This document shows, piece by piece, positions 37,259 through 49,898 of a stretch of 64,000 nt of DNA. Position 1 is the stretch's first letter, and each line of letters opens with the position of its first letter. The stretch is from contig NC_087245.1 in assembly GCF_037042905.1 (NCBI RefSeq), forward strand, positions 14,386,001 through 14,450,000, given 5' to 3'. The notes below the pieces were generated by a model, which worked only from the letters and a program-made list of their open reading frames with translations, was not told the DNA's origin and did not search any database. This stretch comes from Lytechinus pictus. Taxonomy: Eukaryota. A program made the translations under genes and the position numbers.

Positions 37259-38299
37259 CAGGGGCGGATCCAGCTTTCGCCAATAGGGGGGGCCGAAAAA
37301 TATTTTCATCAAAATTTTTCTCGATTGGCAGCTATAATCTGATTTTTTTTTTTGGGGGGGGGGTTCAGGGGGTAGTCCTAACTAGAGACTGAAGTTTTAA
37401 GTATATGTTAGTTTTTATTGTTATAAACAAGATAAGGTATATCATGTGGTCTTAATATATAATGCGAGCGCGAAGCGCGAGCACAAATTCTTTGATATTT
37501 TATGTCCTTAGACCTGAAGATTCTGAGGAAATTTTATAATCATGAAAAAGATAAGTATCCAACTAAACAATGCGAGTGCGAAGCGCGAGCCGAAATTTTA
37601 TCATAGTAACGTGAAAAGGGACTCAATTAGGACTGTTTTTAGTGATTAATGAAGAGGATACAAGTATCACCAATTAAATAATGAGAGTGCGAAGCGCGAG
37701 CTCAAAATTTTTGATATTCCGACCTGAAAACTGACAGTCTAAGCGCGTTTTTATTTAAATACAGAAAAAGCTGTGTGTCTCAAACAATTAAACGCGAGCG
37801 CGAAGCACAAGCTCAATTTTTTATATACTGACATGATAAAGGAGCATTTTGACAAATTTTGGTAAGAATTTCCAAAGAGGATAGGTAAATCACAAATCAA
37901 ACAATGCGAGCGCGCAGCGCGAGCTGAAAATTTTGATATAAACAATTTGTTTGATGTGTGAGGTGCGAGCTAAAATATTGTGTGCAAATTGATTTCAGAT
38001 CTGCATATATAAGTGTCATTTAATCCTCTTGAATGTGATTCATTGGCACATGCAATGCGAGCGCGAATCGCGAGCGAAATTTTTTATATAAAGTTCTTTT
38101 TCCAATTCTTCCCCTCACCCTTTTTTCTTTCCTTTCGGGGTCGGGCCGGCCGTTACGAGGTTGTAAATTACACATCCTGGGTATGATACCTCTTTCCTAC
38201 TTTTCTTTAGTGTTTTTCCTATAGTAAACTTTTTCTGCAGGTTGTCAAAAAATAGGGGGGGGCCGGGGCCGGCTCGGCCCCCTCCTGGATCCGCGCCTG
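37259..38299. mobile_element. GCGGATCC-family element, second copy of 14150-15220
   Basis: Colinear along its length with 14150-15220; same termini. Confidence 0.88.
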
Positions 38300-38951
38300 C
38301 ATACGCTGTGTTCATATGCGAAATGGGTTCGGATAGAGAGGTGATCTGACCCATGGAATCAATTGCCAGAGATCCACCAATAATCCACAATAAATGCAAT
38401 ATTGATTCGATGGACTGTAATGATCTATATCTAAGCCTTAATTTAGTAAGTTTTTCCTCACTCAATATGTACTCGATTTGTTTGAAAAAACACTTTCTTA
38501 TCCATGTCATATTCTATTTTAGGTCCTGCATTTCGAATATCTCCAGCCATCAGTCGTAATACATGCATGTATGGCGCGCGGGTGTCGCGGGAAAGAATTT
38601 TACACACGAAATGCAGATCTGTAGGGCCTGTAACCCCTCTGTAACACAAATCTTAGCATTGATTGTAGGGCAGTTTTCTACGTTTGATTCTTTTGACTAT
38701 AATGTACAATCAATCTTAAAAATCAAGTGTATGATTAAGCGTCAACTTTTGTGTTATGGGACCCTAATATTAGCGTCCGTGATGATTGCGAAAAGTGGCA
38801 ATTATCGACCATCATACATCGATATGGTGAATCCCCCAGCCAACGCCAAAGAGTTGACGAAGTTAACGCCCACATCAAACTTTTGGCCAATCAACGCGGA
38901 TGGTCGATCATAGACAATGACGCGATCCGCACATTCATCTCTCGTCAGACG

Positions 38952-40031
38952 CAGTCAGACCGCAGGTCCCTATGCTAATGAGCAAAAAGGCCAGATTCAT
39001 CCAAATCATCTCGCGGCTGAATCCTCCTCCTTGCAAAATCTCATGATTTGTGAGATTTTCTTTCTCTAAGAATTTACCTGTTTTAACCTCAAGTTAAATG
39101 AAATTCTATTGCACCACCAGGTAGAGTAAAAGTTACTCTTTCATATTGGTCATTTATTTTGTATACAACGTTTTGTTCAATAAGTAAATTTCTGGCCTGA
39201 AAATGTGCCTCAAAACTGAATTTTCTTCCTCTGTTTTCTTTTGCAAATTGTGCAAAACTTTTTATTTTGAGCCTCAATGATATCTATATCATCATAAAGC
39301 TGAACTTCTGTACTTTCTCACAATGCCACTCTTGATATGCGGCACCTTTTAATCGGGTCAAGATCACACTTTTCCCACCAAGGTACAAGACGAGATTTCT
39401 GAAATTTTGTACTTGCAAGAAATCCAGAGTTCTGATTGGCTGGATAAGGTTCACAGAACAACAGGCGCGGGGTATTTGAGGAGATTACCACATGGGAAGT
39501 GTGACCTTCCCACGAACCCAGGCACTGGGACCGTTGGAATTTGCCATTGTGTGGTCTCTTTGACCAATCAGAGTGCAGTATTCTTGTTTTCAAACTGTTT
39601 TATGTACTTGGCAAATGAAAAGTGTGATCTTGACCCGATTAAACCAATTCTTATTTTGAAACCTATATCATTTCAAAGCATATTCAGCTTTATCATGATA
39701 TAAAAATCATTTGGGCTCAAACAAAAATAAAGTGTGAAAATAGCAGCTTTTGTCAGGTGAAAATATTTATTTTGTAGCATATTTTAGATCAAAATTTTAA
39801 CCTATATTACAAAATCTTTGAATAAATCCAAACACATGACCTGAAAGAATGATTCTTCTTCTTTACAATGGTACCAAATTCATGAAATTCGATGCACAAT
39901 TAGAGCAGCAATGACCGATTGAAAAGAGGTGTTTTGGTCCGCATCAAGCTCATTAAATATGCAAAACATCTCAAGTCATGAATATCACTTGGATGAAAGA
40001 AGCCACTTTCTTGGGACCTGCAGTCTGACTG
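38952..40031. mobile_element. Non-autonomous DNA element with 19-bp TIRs and a 5-bp TSD
   Basis: CAGTCAGACCGCAGGTCCC / GGGACCTGCAGTCTGACTG; TSD AGACG (38947-38951, 40032-40036); internal inverted repeat ~39347-39373 / ~39618-39643. Confidence 0.85.
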
Positions 40032-40114
40032 AGACGGCATTCATCTGAATAGGAGCGGTATCGTCGCCTATATGCTCGAAATATCATACGCCATCTACGG
40101 CATTACTCCTCTAC

Positions 40115-43065
40115 TGAGCACAAAGATAATTTATGTAAAGAAATGTCGAATGATGACTGCATTAATGACGATTTTAACATGAATGAAATGAAGAGTGTTT
40201 TCCAAGATTTGAAAAACTCAGCGCCAGGTAAGGATGATATTCATGCGATTATGTTAAAAAAACTTACCCCAAATAGCGCTTGATGTCATATTAGATCTGT
40301 ACAACGACATATGGAAAACTTCACATTTCCCTTGTCAGTGGTATGAATTTGTTCAAATACCTATTTTGAAACCTGGAAAGGATCATAGTTTAGTGTCGTC
40401 CTATAGACCTATTTCTTTATTATCGACCCTGATTAAAGTCATGCAGAAAATGATTAAAAACCGTCTGAATTGGTTTTTAGATAATAAGAAAACGTTAAAC
40501 CCACTTCAATCAGGATTCCGCAAATATCGTAGTGTCAAAGATCATTTAGTCAGGCTTGAAACAGATGTTCATTTAGCATTGAAGGAGAAAAAATATACCG
40601 TGGCAGTTTTTCTATACCTGGAAAAGGCGTATGATTCGTTATGGAAAGGAGGTCTCTTGAAAAAATTGTCAATGTTAGATATAAGTGGAAAATTATTTTT
40701 CTTTATTAGAGCTTTCTTAAGAAATAGATATTGTAACGTGAAAGTTAACAATAGTATGTCAGAAAAGTATGTATTCGAGCACGGAATCCCGCAAGGGAAC
40801 TCAATAAGTCCTGTCATTTTTACATTGATGTTAAATGACTTAAAGATTAAAGAAAGTGGAGTAAAACTATCATGTTATGCAGATGATATCGCGATTTGGT
40901 TTACTAGCTCAAACTTAGATCTGGTTCGCCATAAGCTGCAAGAAGTCCTCCATGAACTCGAAATATGGTGCTGGAAATGGAAATTAAATATTTCTCACAC
41001 AAAGTCTGTAGTTTTAATTTTTACCAATAAACAAAAGAAAGATATTACTTTGAAAATAATTGGGCATGTTTTGCCTCATTGTGAGCAGTTCAAATTTCTT
41101 GGTATGTGGTTAATCTCGAAACTAACTTGGTCTAGCCACATTAATGCGATTATTGATAAATGTAAGAAAAGATTAAATTTATTACGTTGCGTTTCGGGTA
41201 CATCCTGGGGGAATAGGTATGAAATTTCGATAATGATATACAAAGGACTTATTTTATCTGTTTTAGACTATGGAAGTGAAATGTATGATTCTGCCTGTAC
41301 ATCTCTTAAGAAAAAGCTTGACTCTATACAATATAGAGCTTTGAAAATCATTACAGGAACGATATACAATGTATCATTAGAGTCTCTACAAGTTTTGACC
41401 GGTGAATTACCGTTGTATCTTCGGAGAAAACTGTTTAATGATAAATTTAGATATTATTTGTTGTTTAGCACTTCATGCCATCCAAGTAGAGAAATTTTCA
41501 TTGAACATACGAACAGACACGAATGGAAGGAAGGGGAAAGACCTTTCAATCTCCAGCCTGTAGTGATAAGGTACTTGTAGAGAAGCAAGACAACTTATTA
41601 ACAAAAATCCCGGAATGGCGTTTGTCCCGCCCTCCTGTGTCATTTTATGCTCATCGTATAATTAGAAAAAAGGATATGCTAACGGCCGAGATGAAATCTA
41701 TATCGTTCTAGAAAGAATTGGAATTGTGTGGAATGGTTATTTACATATATATACTGATGGATCCAAACAAGAAAATTTTAGAACGGGGGCAGCATTTTAT
41801 GTTCCTCAATATAAAATAAAAAAGTATTTCAGGTTATCCAATGTATAAGTATCATGAGAGCGGAACTCATGGCCATTTTAAAGGCACTTGAGTGGTTAGA
41901 CTCCTTTAATAAACCATGTTCAGTTGTAATTTTTTGCGACTCTTTGTCAGCACTGAATATGATTGATTCATATTTCATAAAATGCACTATTGTTAATGAA
42001 ATTTTATTTAAAATTCATAAACTCAGTTTGAAAGATATCTGTAATAATTTTGAATGGTTTCCCTCACATTGTGATGTTAACGGCAATGAGATCGTCGATA
42101 AAGCTGCCAAGAAAGGAATGCCAAGTAGCCGCGAAAAATTGTATAGACATCGTTTTACCAACACTATAAATGAACTTACATGCTCACGCATGACATTTTA
42201 TAAAGGTGTCTGGCAAGCAGATTGGAATGCGTCTAGAAATGGTAGATTTTTATATGCTATTCATGATAATGTTTTTAAGCAGGCATATAGAAAAGGTTTT
42301 TCTCGGAAAGAAGAATGCCTCCTTCCTCAAATCACAGTAGGTAAGTGCAAATTAAACTATTATATGTTTCAAATTAAACAGCACTCTTCATGCCTCTGTG
42401 AGGTGTGCAATGTATTTGAGACTATTGAACATTATGTTTTATTTTGTTCAAAATATGTAAAGGAGAGACGCGTTATGTTTAATAAACTTAAGATGAATGA
42501 CCCGAATCTTAAACAATTGTTAATTAATCCCGATTATACACGGGAACTACTATGTTTTATAACATGCCACTAACCGTTTTGACAGTTAGGTGCATATGTG
42601 TCTTTTTTTTTCTTCAAACACAAGACATGAAAGAAGGATTTATAATTCTTATTAATAAGAAACTAAGAAAAGACAAAACAAAAGAATAAGAAGGACGTAA
42701 AAATCTATGTGATTTCACATTTGAATTGTTATTTGACGAAGATTTTAAGAAATTCTATAAATATTTAACTAGTAGCCGATTGGTTAGCTGGTGTGCCCTT
42801 TTCCACGAACAATCATTTAGCACGCGCGATATTTAATTTCTCTATTTGTATTAAAGTGTTATTCCTCGAAGATGTTTAATCTTGTAGGACCTACTAATAT
42901 AATAGGTGGATGGGTGACTAATCTACATTAATATGTCATATAATCGTCACCAATGGTTTGACGTCGTATGGAACGCCTTTGCCAACGACGTCCTACGTAT
43001 ACGAAAGCGACTGGCGCGTATAATCTGGAGAGATTGAAGAGCGCCATCATATTCAACAACAACGA
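40115..43065 (+). mobile_element. 5'-truncated I/Nimb-group LINE: RT, RNase H and CCHC, with stops and frameshifts
   Basis: SAPGKD, SYRPISL, QSGFR, GIPQG, YADD; RNase H YTDGSK, AELMAI, FCDS, PSHC..GNEIVDKAAK; CEVC...ETIEHYVLFC; 3' stem-loop and caacaacaac tail. Confidence 0.9.
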
Positions 43066-43071
43066 CCAGCC

Positions 43072-43192
43072 GCGTTTCGGATGGTGAAGTCTTTCGGATG
43101 GTGACGTTAAAGGTCGGTCCCAGACGTAAATAATCATATCTGATTGATACACGTCTGACAAAACTCAAATACACACACACACACACACACAC
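43072..43192 (+). mobile_element. 5'-truncated SINE-like fragment with a Deu/Nin-domain-like motif and (CA)n tail
   Basis: gtctttcggatggtgacgttaaaggtcggtccc resembles, from memory, the conserved ctttcggatgagacgttaaa core of Deu/Nin SINEs. Confidence 0.5.
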
Positions 43193-46100
43193 GTTTAACA
43201 GATCACCGGATGACCAATCATTGGCGTACACCCCGCGGCCGGGAGTTTCCCCGCGATTGGACGGACCCGACAGGAAACTGGTGGCCGATGAACGACAGTT
43301 AACTCTCGCAGAACTAGTTTAGTGATAATGTTGATGATCATGATATTTGCTCAAATTTGAACATTACGTCAATTTCTGACTCCAATGATTATGATGTATG
43401 TATAAATAAACTCAAGAAATACAATGGTCTCAAACTAGCTCACTTAAATGCCTGTAGTATGTATGGGAAACTATAGAAGAACTGCGATTTCTCTTGCTGA
43501 AAATTGATCTTGATGTATTATGCATTTCTGAAACTTTAAGTGACAATCTGGTATCAATAGATGGATATGCACTTTTCCGTAGGGATAGAACAGATGGTCG
43601 CCGTGGAGGTGGTGTTTGTTATGTTAAAAACACATTATCATGTACTCAACGCGATGATCTCAAAAGGCGACATGGATAGACTTAAAAATATCCTTATCTG
43701 ATGATCTGTTAATATGTTGTCTATATAGACCCCTGATTCTATAATACTGATTACTTTAACAATATGTTGGATGTGTTTCAAAAGGCAACCGATGATCCAT
43801 CTGATTTAGTAATCATGGGTGATTTTAATATAGATTATAGAGTTGATGAATCACTCCATGAAAATCACATAAATCTCTTAGAAAATTTATTTCTTTTAAC
43901 ACAGATGATACGTAAACCTACTAGAGTAACGTTGACTTCTTCAACCTGTATAGACCACATATTAAGCTCAATTCCTCAGAAACATGTTATATGTGATGTA
44001 GTAGAAATTTCTATGAGCGACCATTATTATGATATATACATGCATTGATTTCTCCACCGAAAAAAAAACAACACAAATGTCGTCGTTTTCGTGACTATAA
44101 ATCATTCGATGTAAATATGTTCATTGCTTCTGTGGAAAATGCTGCAATATTCAAAGAAGAAACATGGAACACCTGGAAGGAATCTTTTCTGACAATATGT
44201 AATGAACACGCACCTATCAAAAAGCAAGAGTAAAATATAGAATATGCCCTTGGATGACCCCTGACATTATAAAACTCATCTACACTAGAGATTTTCTCAA
44301 AAGAAAGTCAGTGGCTTCTGATGAATATGAAATACGCACTGAATATAATGAAAAAATAAGAAGCTGTATTTTCCAAAGGAAAATTATCTAATATTAAAAA
44401 GCTTTCTATTGGAGTACCGCAGGGCAGTGTTCTGGCCCCCATTTTGTTCTTAATTTTTATTAATGATATATCTGAATGTATTACTGAAGGTACTTGCAGC
44501 ATATTTGCTGATGATGTAGTAGTATTTGCCTCCGACAGTAAATTGGAAGATGTCACAAAGAAATTACAGAAAGATGTAGACGCCTTAAATGACTGGTATA
44601 ACCGAAACCGATTACGCATTAATACAAGCAAAACCAAAACAATACTAATTAAATTAAGATCATCCGATACATGAAATGTATTCATTAATAATGATCTGAT
44701 TGAACAGGTAAAGTCTATAAGGTATTTAGGCATTGTGATAGATGAAAACCTGAAGTGGAATGTATATTTAAGAGAATTATGTAAATCGATTGCCTATAAG
44801 ATCTACTCTTTAGGCAAGTTGAGTAAATTCCTGACTTCACATGTACTAAATATCCTATATAAACGCATAATTCAGCCCTGTATAGACTATGCAATCTCTG
44901 TTTGGGGCAACTGTCCAGCAGCCTACAAATTGCCCCTAAAAAAATTGCAAAAAAGAGCTGCCAGATATGTATCTGGAATTTCTGACTATCAAATTGCGAG
45001 CGGGAGTGCATTGATAAATCAACTCTCCTGGCAAACTATTGACCAACGTCGAGATTATTTTCTGGCAATTCTCATGTACAAGAGTATAAGGGGCGTTGCC
45101 CCTCCCCGCTTATCAAATGAAATTGAAATGTACTTCGATCGCCATGGCATGAACACTAGGAATGCAAATTCACTAAATGTAGTATTACCCAAACCTAACA
45201 TATCCCTATTTAAACAATCCTTTAAATATGCCGGAGCAGTAACTTGGAACAAACTCCCGGAAGATATCCAGAATGCCATTTCTGTTGAAAGTTTCAAACA
45301 TCGTTACAAGAAATTTCGCTTAAATCTATAACAATTATTTAACTGTTCTATTTTTGTCCATATATATCTATAGTATTGCCATTATTAGCATGATTACCAA
45401 ATAATACACATCTACTTATTATCGATTATTATGACTTCCTATGAGTATTTAAATTGTTACAATTCTTTAAATTGAGACCCATTCCTGTCTTCATATCGAT
45501 ATATAAAACCTCTTTCCTTTTCCTTCACATCTTTATCTTACTATGAGATAAATCTTGCTATTAGTTCTTTTTTTTTCTGATGTATCATTTTTAGCATTAT
45601 TTGTATTTTAGTTTTGCTGTATATAATAACATGTATTTCTAATTATTTGTAATCTTTCCTTTTAATATGTGTATATTTTCTTTATGCAAAACCATTATGT
45701 GAAACAGCCTGCGAGCTGGTTAAGGTTTTATCATGTTGAAAGATGTTTTAATAAAATAAAATAAATAAAAATGTAGGAAGATCCCCAATTACTCACCCTT
45801 TTCATGATTTACAAAACATGCATAATGTCCTGTTTTTAGGTCTAAATCTTGAATTTTCCAGCAATTGTTTACTTGTATACCTATTCTATTCACGATTACA
45901 AAAAGTGGTTAGAATTTCCTTCCTTTAAGGAGAATTAGTTGATTGTTAAAATATGTAACGTCTTCATGGCTAACTGCAAGCAGTCCATAACATGTACCTT
46001 TTCGATCAGTTCAAAACGTATTAAAAATTTCTTCTCGCGCTTTGCGCTCGAAGGAATTATTAAGGTGCAATGCATCCACATCTTGTTAAGAATCACAAAC

Positions 46101-47057
46101 ATTGCCCAGAATTTTCAAATTTTAGGACAAAATACATATATTTTTAAAAAATTTAGCTCGCGCTTCGCACTCGCATAGTTTGAATAAGGTTTATGAGATG
46201 ATTATGTGTTTATGTTGATTTATACGAATAAAGCAAAGCAGTGACTATTAGGACTACCCCCTTCAAAGAAATAAATAAAAATCGACTTTGAGCGGCCGAT
46301 CGGGGAAAACGTGGCTGAAAAAATTCCGCCGCCCCCCCCCTATTGGTGAAGGCTGGATCCGGCCCTGCCATCAACCTTATGTACCCGATCAGCTGAACAA
46401 ACTCTCAAACCCCCGGTCTAATACCATCATTGTGCAATTACAGGGCAGGGTATTTTGTATATTTTTCAATGCAATAAATGAGTACAGACAACTGAGCGAA
46501 TAATCCCAGATGTTACCAAAATTCGCTGTCAATGGCCTGTAACATAATTATGGCATATTTGGTAAATTACCAAAATAAACAGTTACCAAATCGTGCCGAA
46601 GTACGGTAGCCCATATGGCGGCAGAGAACTTAGAAAACGACGAACGTATTGGCATTGTGTGTTGTAAGGATTCAATGACGCACGGATTGAAGGTAACTGA
46701 TTTTAACACAAACCCACACTCGTAAAAGAACTACGCTGTCCGTTTCAAAGTTGGTTTCGTATGTAATACCTTAAATAAAACAAAGAGTTAAACTCCCGAA
46801 ATGTGTTTTAGTAAACTTCACTCATCGTATGTATGTATAAACCATTCTTAATATTTAGCTAAAATTATAGCACACTAAAAGCCAGGGACTAAAAGTCAAC
46901 AGGTCTATCCAAAAACAATAAGCCCCGGGCATCTTGACATATTTCTTTTTTTGCAGAATTCCATCGTTCTTTTCACTTGAAACTAAGTTTTAAAAGAATC
47001 TAATGTGTTAGCTCTTTATTTTCATTCCGTACTTTTCCAATTCTATTGAATAAAGAT

Positions 47058-47198
47058 AATAATTTGCAACATTTATATAGCGCTTAATACAAATGTTGCT
47101 AAGCGCTGCATATAGGCCTATACTTACCCCGGCTCTAGCACGGCTATACCCTGATCAGACGCTGGAGCATTCAGGAACTCCTTCCTACCGGGTACAAT
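47058..47198 (-). mobile_element. 3' fragment of a tRNA-SINE
   Basis: ttcctaccgg and tttatatagcgc...aagcgc tail similar to the SINEs at 10432 and 31154. Confidence 0.6.
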
Positions 47199-47901
47199 TT
47201 AATGCTTTGTACATATTGATATCTAAGCAATATTTCTACGTCCAGTTATAGTAAATATTATATCCCTTATTGATTATTTTTGCTATTTAATTGGTCGAGT
47301 CCCTTCACATGACTAATCATAATTTCACCAGAAAATGCATGAAATCGGAGATCAAAACAGTTCGTGACGTCAGAGTAGAATAGACAAAGTTTATTTTATT
47401 ATTATTATTTGATCCGACTGAAAACCACGCAATCAAACGGGCACAGCGCACGCATGGCAAGCAGTGTTGTGGTGCCTTGATGCTCGGCCTTGGCCTTAAG
47501 GCCTATTTTTTCAAAGCCTTGAACATTCAAGCCTTGGCCTTAGGAGGGCCTTGGCCTTGATGATTTTGAGCCTTGAAATTCCAAGGCATTTTCAAGGCAT
47601 TTTTTAGGCTTTTTCAAGGCATTTTCTATTTTGTTCTTTCATTTGTTTTTATATAATTAATTATAAATGTTTCAATTGTTCTGTATATTTAATGACACTA
47701 ATGGTCAATACTACCAGTCACCATGCAGTAACAGTAGCAGCAGCAGTAGTGAGTGTACTAGCAGTGTCATCAATTGTAATTATTAAATCATCATTATCAA
47801 GAATTATCATCACATATGTAACAAAGAAAACAGCAGTGATGAAAAATAACATTATTTATTGGCAATGTGTTGTAATCATGACTAATGATGATAATGACAA
47901 T

Positions 47902-49898
47902 GGGCGATTCCATACGTGTCGTACGGGACATTTAGAGAACATTTGACAGTTTTTTTGACAAGAAAAACAAAAAATATTCCAGTAACTAAAGGTGATCATC
48001 AAGTACTCCCAGAGTGTTAGGAAAACCAAGACTTAACATGACTTGAATTCACATCCTGTATAATACAGATTTAAAATAGTAATTTGTCGTACGGACGCAG
48101 AAAAGTGGCTTTTTTAGAAACCTTAAGTTTGTACTCTAAAGTCTGTGAGTTGGACAGATAATTTTCATAGAAACTGAACTCAAATTGATATTCAATTACC
48201 CAAGAACAAACACATCTACGAAAGAAAGCAAAATAAACATCCATGAATAAATAAAGCAAATTACAATTTTCGAGAACATTGTGGCGTACGGGACACTCAA
48301 AATGTGTCGTACGGGACATCTCCAAATTGAAGCCAAACGTTCTTACTTTATGTCTCTTTGACTTCTTCGAACAGACACTTGCGTGTTGTACTGGACAGCC
48401 TGAATAAAACAATGAACTTTTTATCAATCAGAATGGGAGCATTGCCCCTAAAAGCCTTTTACATGTAATAAGTAGTCATTCAGGACAAGATAATTAAGTA
48501 ACCTCAATATATACAATCGCGAGCAATATATTATCTTTTTTTTCATGATGGGAAATGTACAATGGTTCACAACATTTTGACGAGCTGAAAAACTTGAGGT
48601 TTTGTGTGAAGTTATATATTAGTGAATTAATTGATGATTTCCAATACACTATTTAAACAATGAATGAATGAAACTGTTTGTGTAAATAATGGGCTATAAT
48701 GTTATGATTTTTCATATAAAATGTATATATATATGATATATGTCACTACTGTCACTTGAAATTCCACAAAATATTTTTTTTTCTAAAAAAATGCGATTCT
48801 ACTTTTTTCAAACCTTTCTGCATTTCATGAAACCACATGGTTTGTCTTATTTTCCAGATTTTTTTTTAAAAACATGGTTTGTGATTTTTTTTACAACTTG
48901 AAAAAAGTAAGGAGTTTCAATACTGTATATAAAAAAATTAGTGATCATCAAGGGAAGTCCAAATAGATGATTGATAGGTAAATATTTTTTACATCTTAAA
49001 ATAATTTCACATTAGCATGCAAGAGGAAGTCATCTTCCAGGCTAAGGTGAATCAATTATAAAGGTTTTCTTTCAATGCTCAATGACAAAGAAATTAACCT
49101 GCTCTGACCAGTGAAAATCACCACTTTAGCTGAAGGGATTCACAAAAGAATACGCCTACATGAAGTCAAATAAAATGGTTAGAATCACCTTCATGTTCTA
49201 TGCATATAAAAAAAAATACTTTTTCAGTTAACTTTATGTCAAATCAATTACTTAAATTAAAATAGGCCTACTATTTATATATTCTGAATCCAAATCCTGC
49301 AATTAAATGCAGTATATATTGTGTGTCGTACAGGACATGTCCCGTACGACACACACTGTGTCGTACGGGACATCTTTTAATGGGACAATTATTGAAAAAT
49401 GAAGGGCAGTAATTAGATCCTTATGGGATCAATCGATCACCCATGGGTCAAAGATAGAGAAACTGATATTGTGAAATTGCAGCATCAAAAATAAAATTAT
49501 AGGAAAAACTTTTGCATTTTCATGTGTCGTACGGGACATTGCCAAAAATAGGTTCGGAAAAATCAGGGCTGCCCCCATTATGGATCATGGAAATGTAGAT
49601 ATTATTTGGAGCCATTAATGATATATTATTCCACTGACCCGCAATATTTTCAATCTTCTCGTGCTTTGCCAATAATCGTTTCAGGCAGTGTTTGTACTTG
49701 ACTATTTATTTAGCAAAATTATTGAAAATTCAATTGTTTCCCCCCCCAAAAAAAACTATATCAAACTTCCTTTTTGGTTAAAACTCATAATTTTCATAAA
49801 ATTTAGGTATCATAGTAAAATATTACACTACTTAATATGACTTATTGAAAGCGTGTTGAAATTTATGATATTTTTTAAGTTCTAGTGTGGAATCGCCC
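47902..49898. mobile_element. Sola2-like non-autonomous element (~2.0 kb)
   Basis: CAAT|GGGCGATTCCATAC ... GTGTGGAATCGCCC|CAAT; 4-bp TSD, GRG termini; motif gtgtcgtacgggaca recurs about 8 times inside. Confidence 0.78.

Larger units (their letters stand above)
36531..38778. mobile_element. Unclassified 2.2-kb insertion into CR1 ORF1, carrying two MITEs
   Basis: Flanked by the 4-bp repeat GTGA (36527-36530, 38779-38782); removal rejoins esterase-coding sequence; TIRs weak. Confidence 0.5.
36292..45771 (+). mobile_element. Decayed CR1-group LINE with SGNH-esterase ORF1, fragmented by nested insertions
   Basis: ORF1 pieces VILHLGTNN (36298-36530), STIIHR...IIDNDAI (38783-38951), DGIHLNRSG (40033-40110); APE remnants LAHLN, LCISET, MGDFN, CIDH (43420-44230); RT GVPQGSVLAP, FADD, WNKLP (44370-45331); (AAAAT)n tail. 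Confidence 0.82.
36122..46367. mobile_element. GCGGATCC-family DNA element split into 36122-36290 and 45772-46367 by a CR1 insertion
   Basis: Both halves align by eye to the two ends of the intact relative at 60300-61805; TSD not convincing. Confidence 0.65.

Noticed and set aside
40366..42573. RT next to RNase H as a possible retron, DGR or retroviral system
   Set aside because: Motifs, the C-terminal CCHC and the 3' tail are those of an ordinary decayed I/Nimb non-LTR element; no LTRs, integrase or template repeat.
47462..47625. cagtgttgtgg followed by ggccttg/aaggc repeats, a hAT-like left end
   Set aside because: The opposite terminus and TSD were not found, so it was not delimited as a feature.
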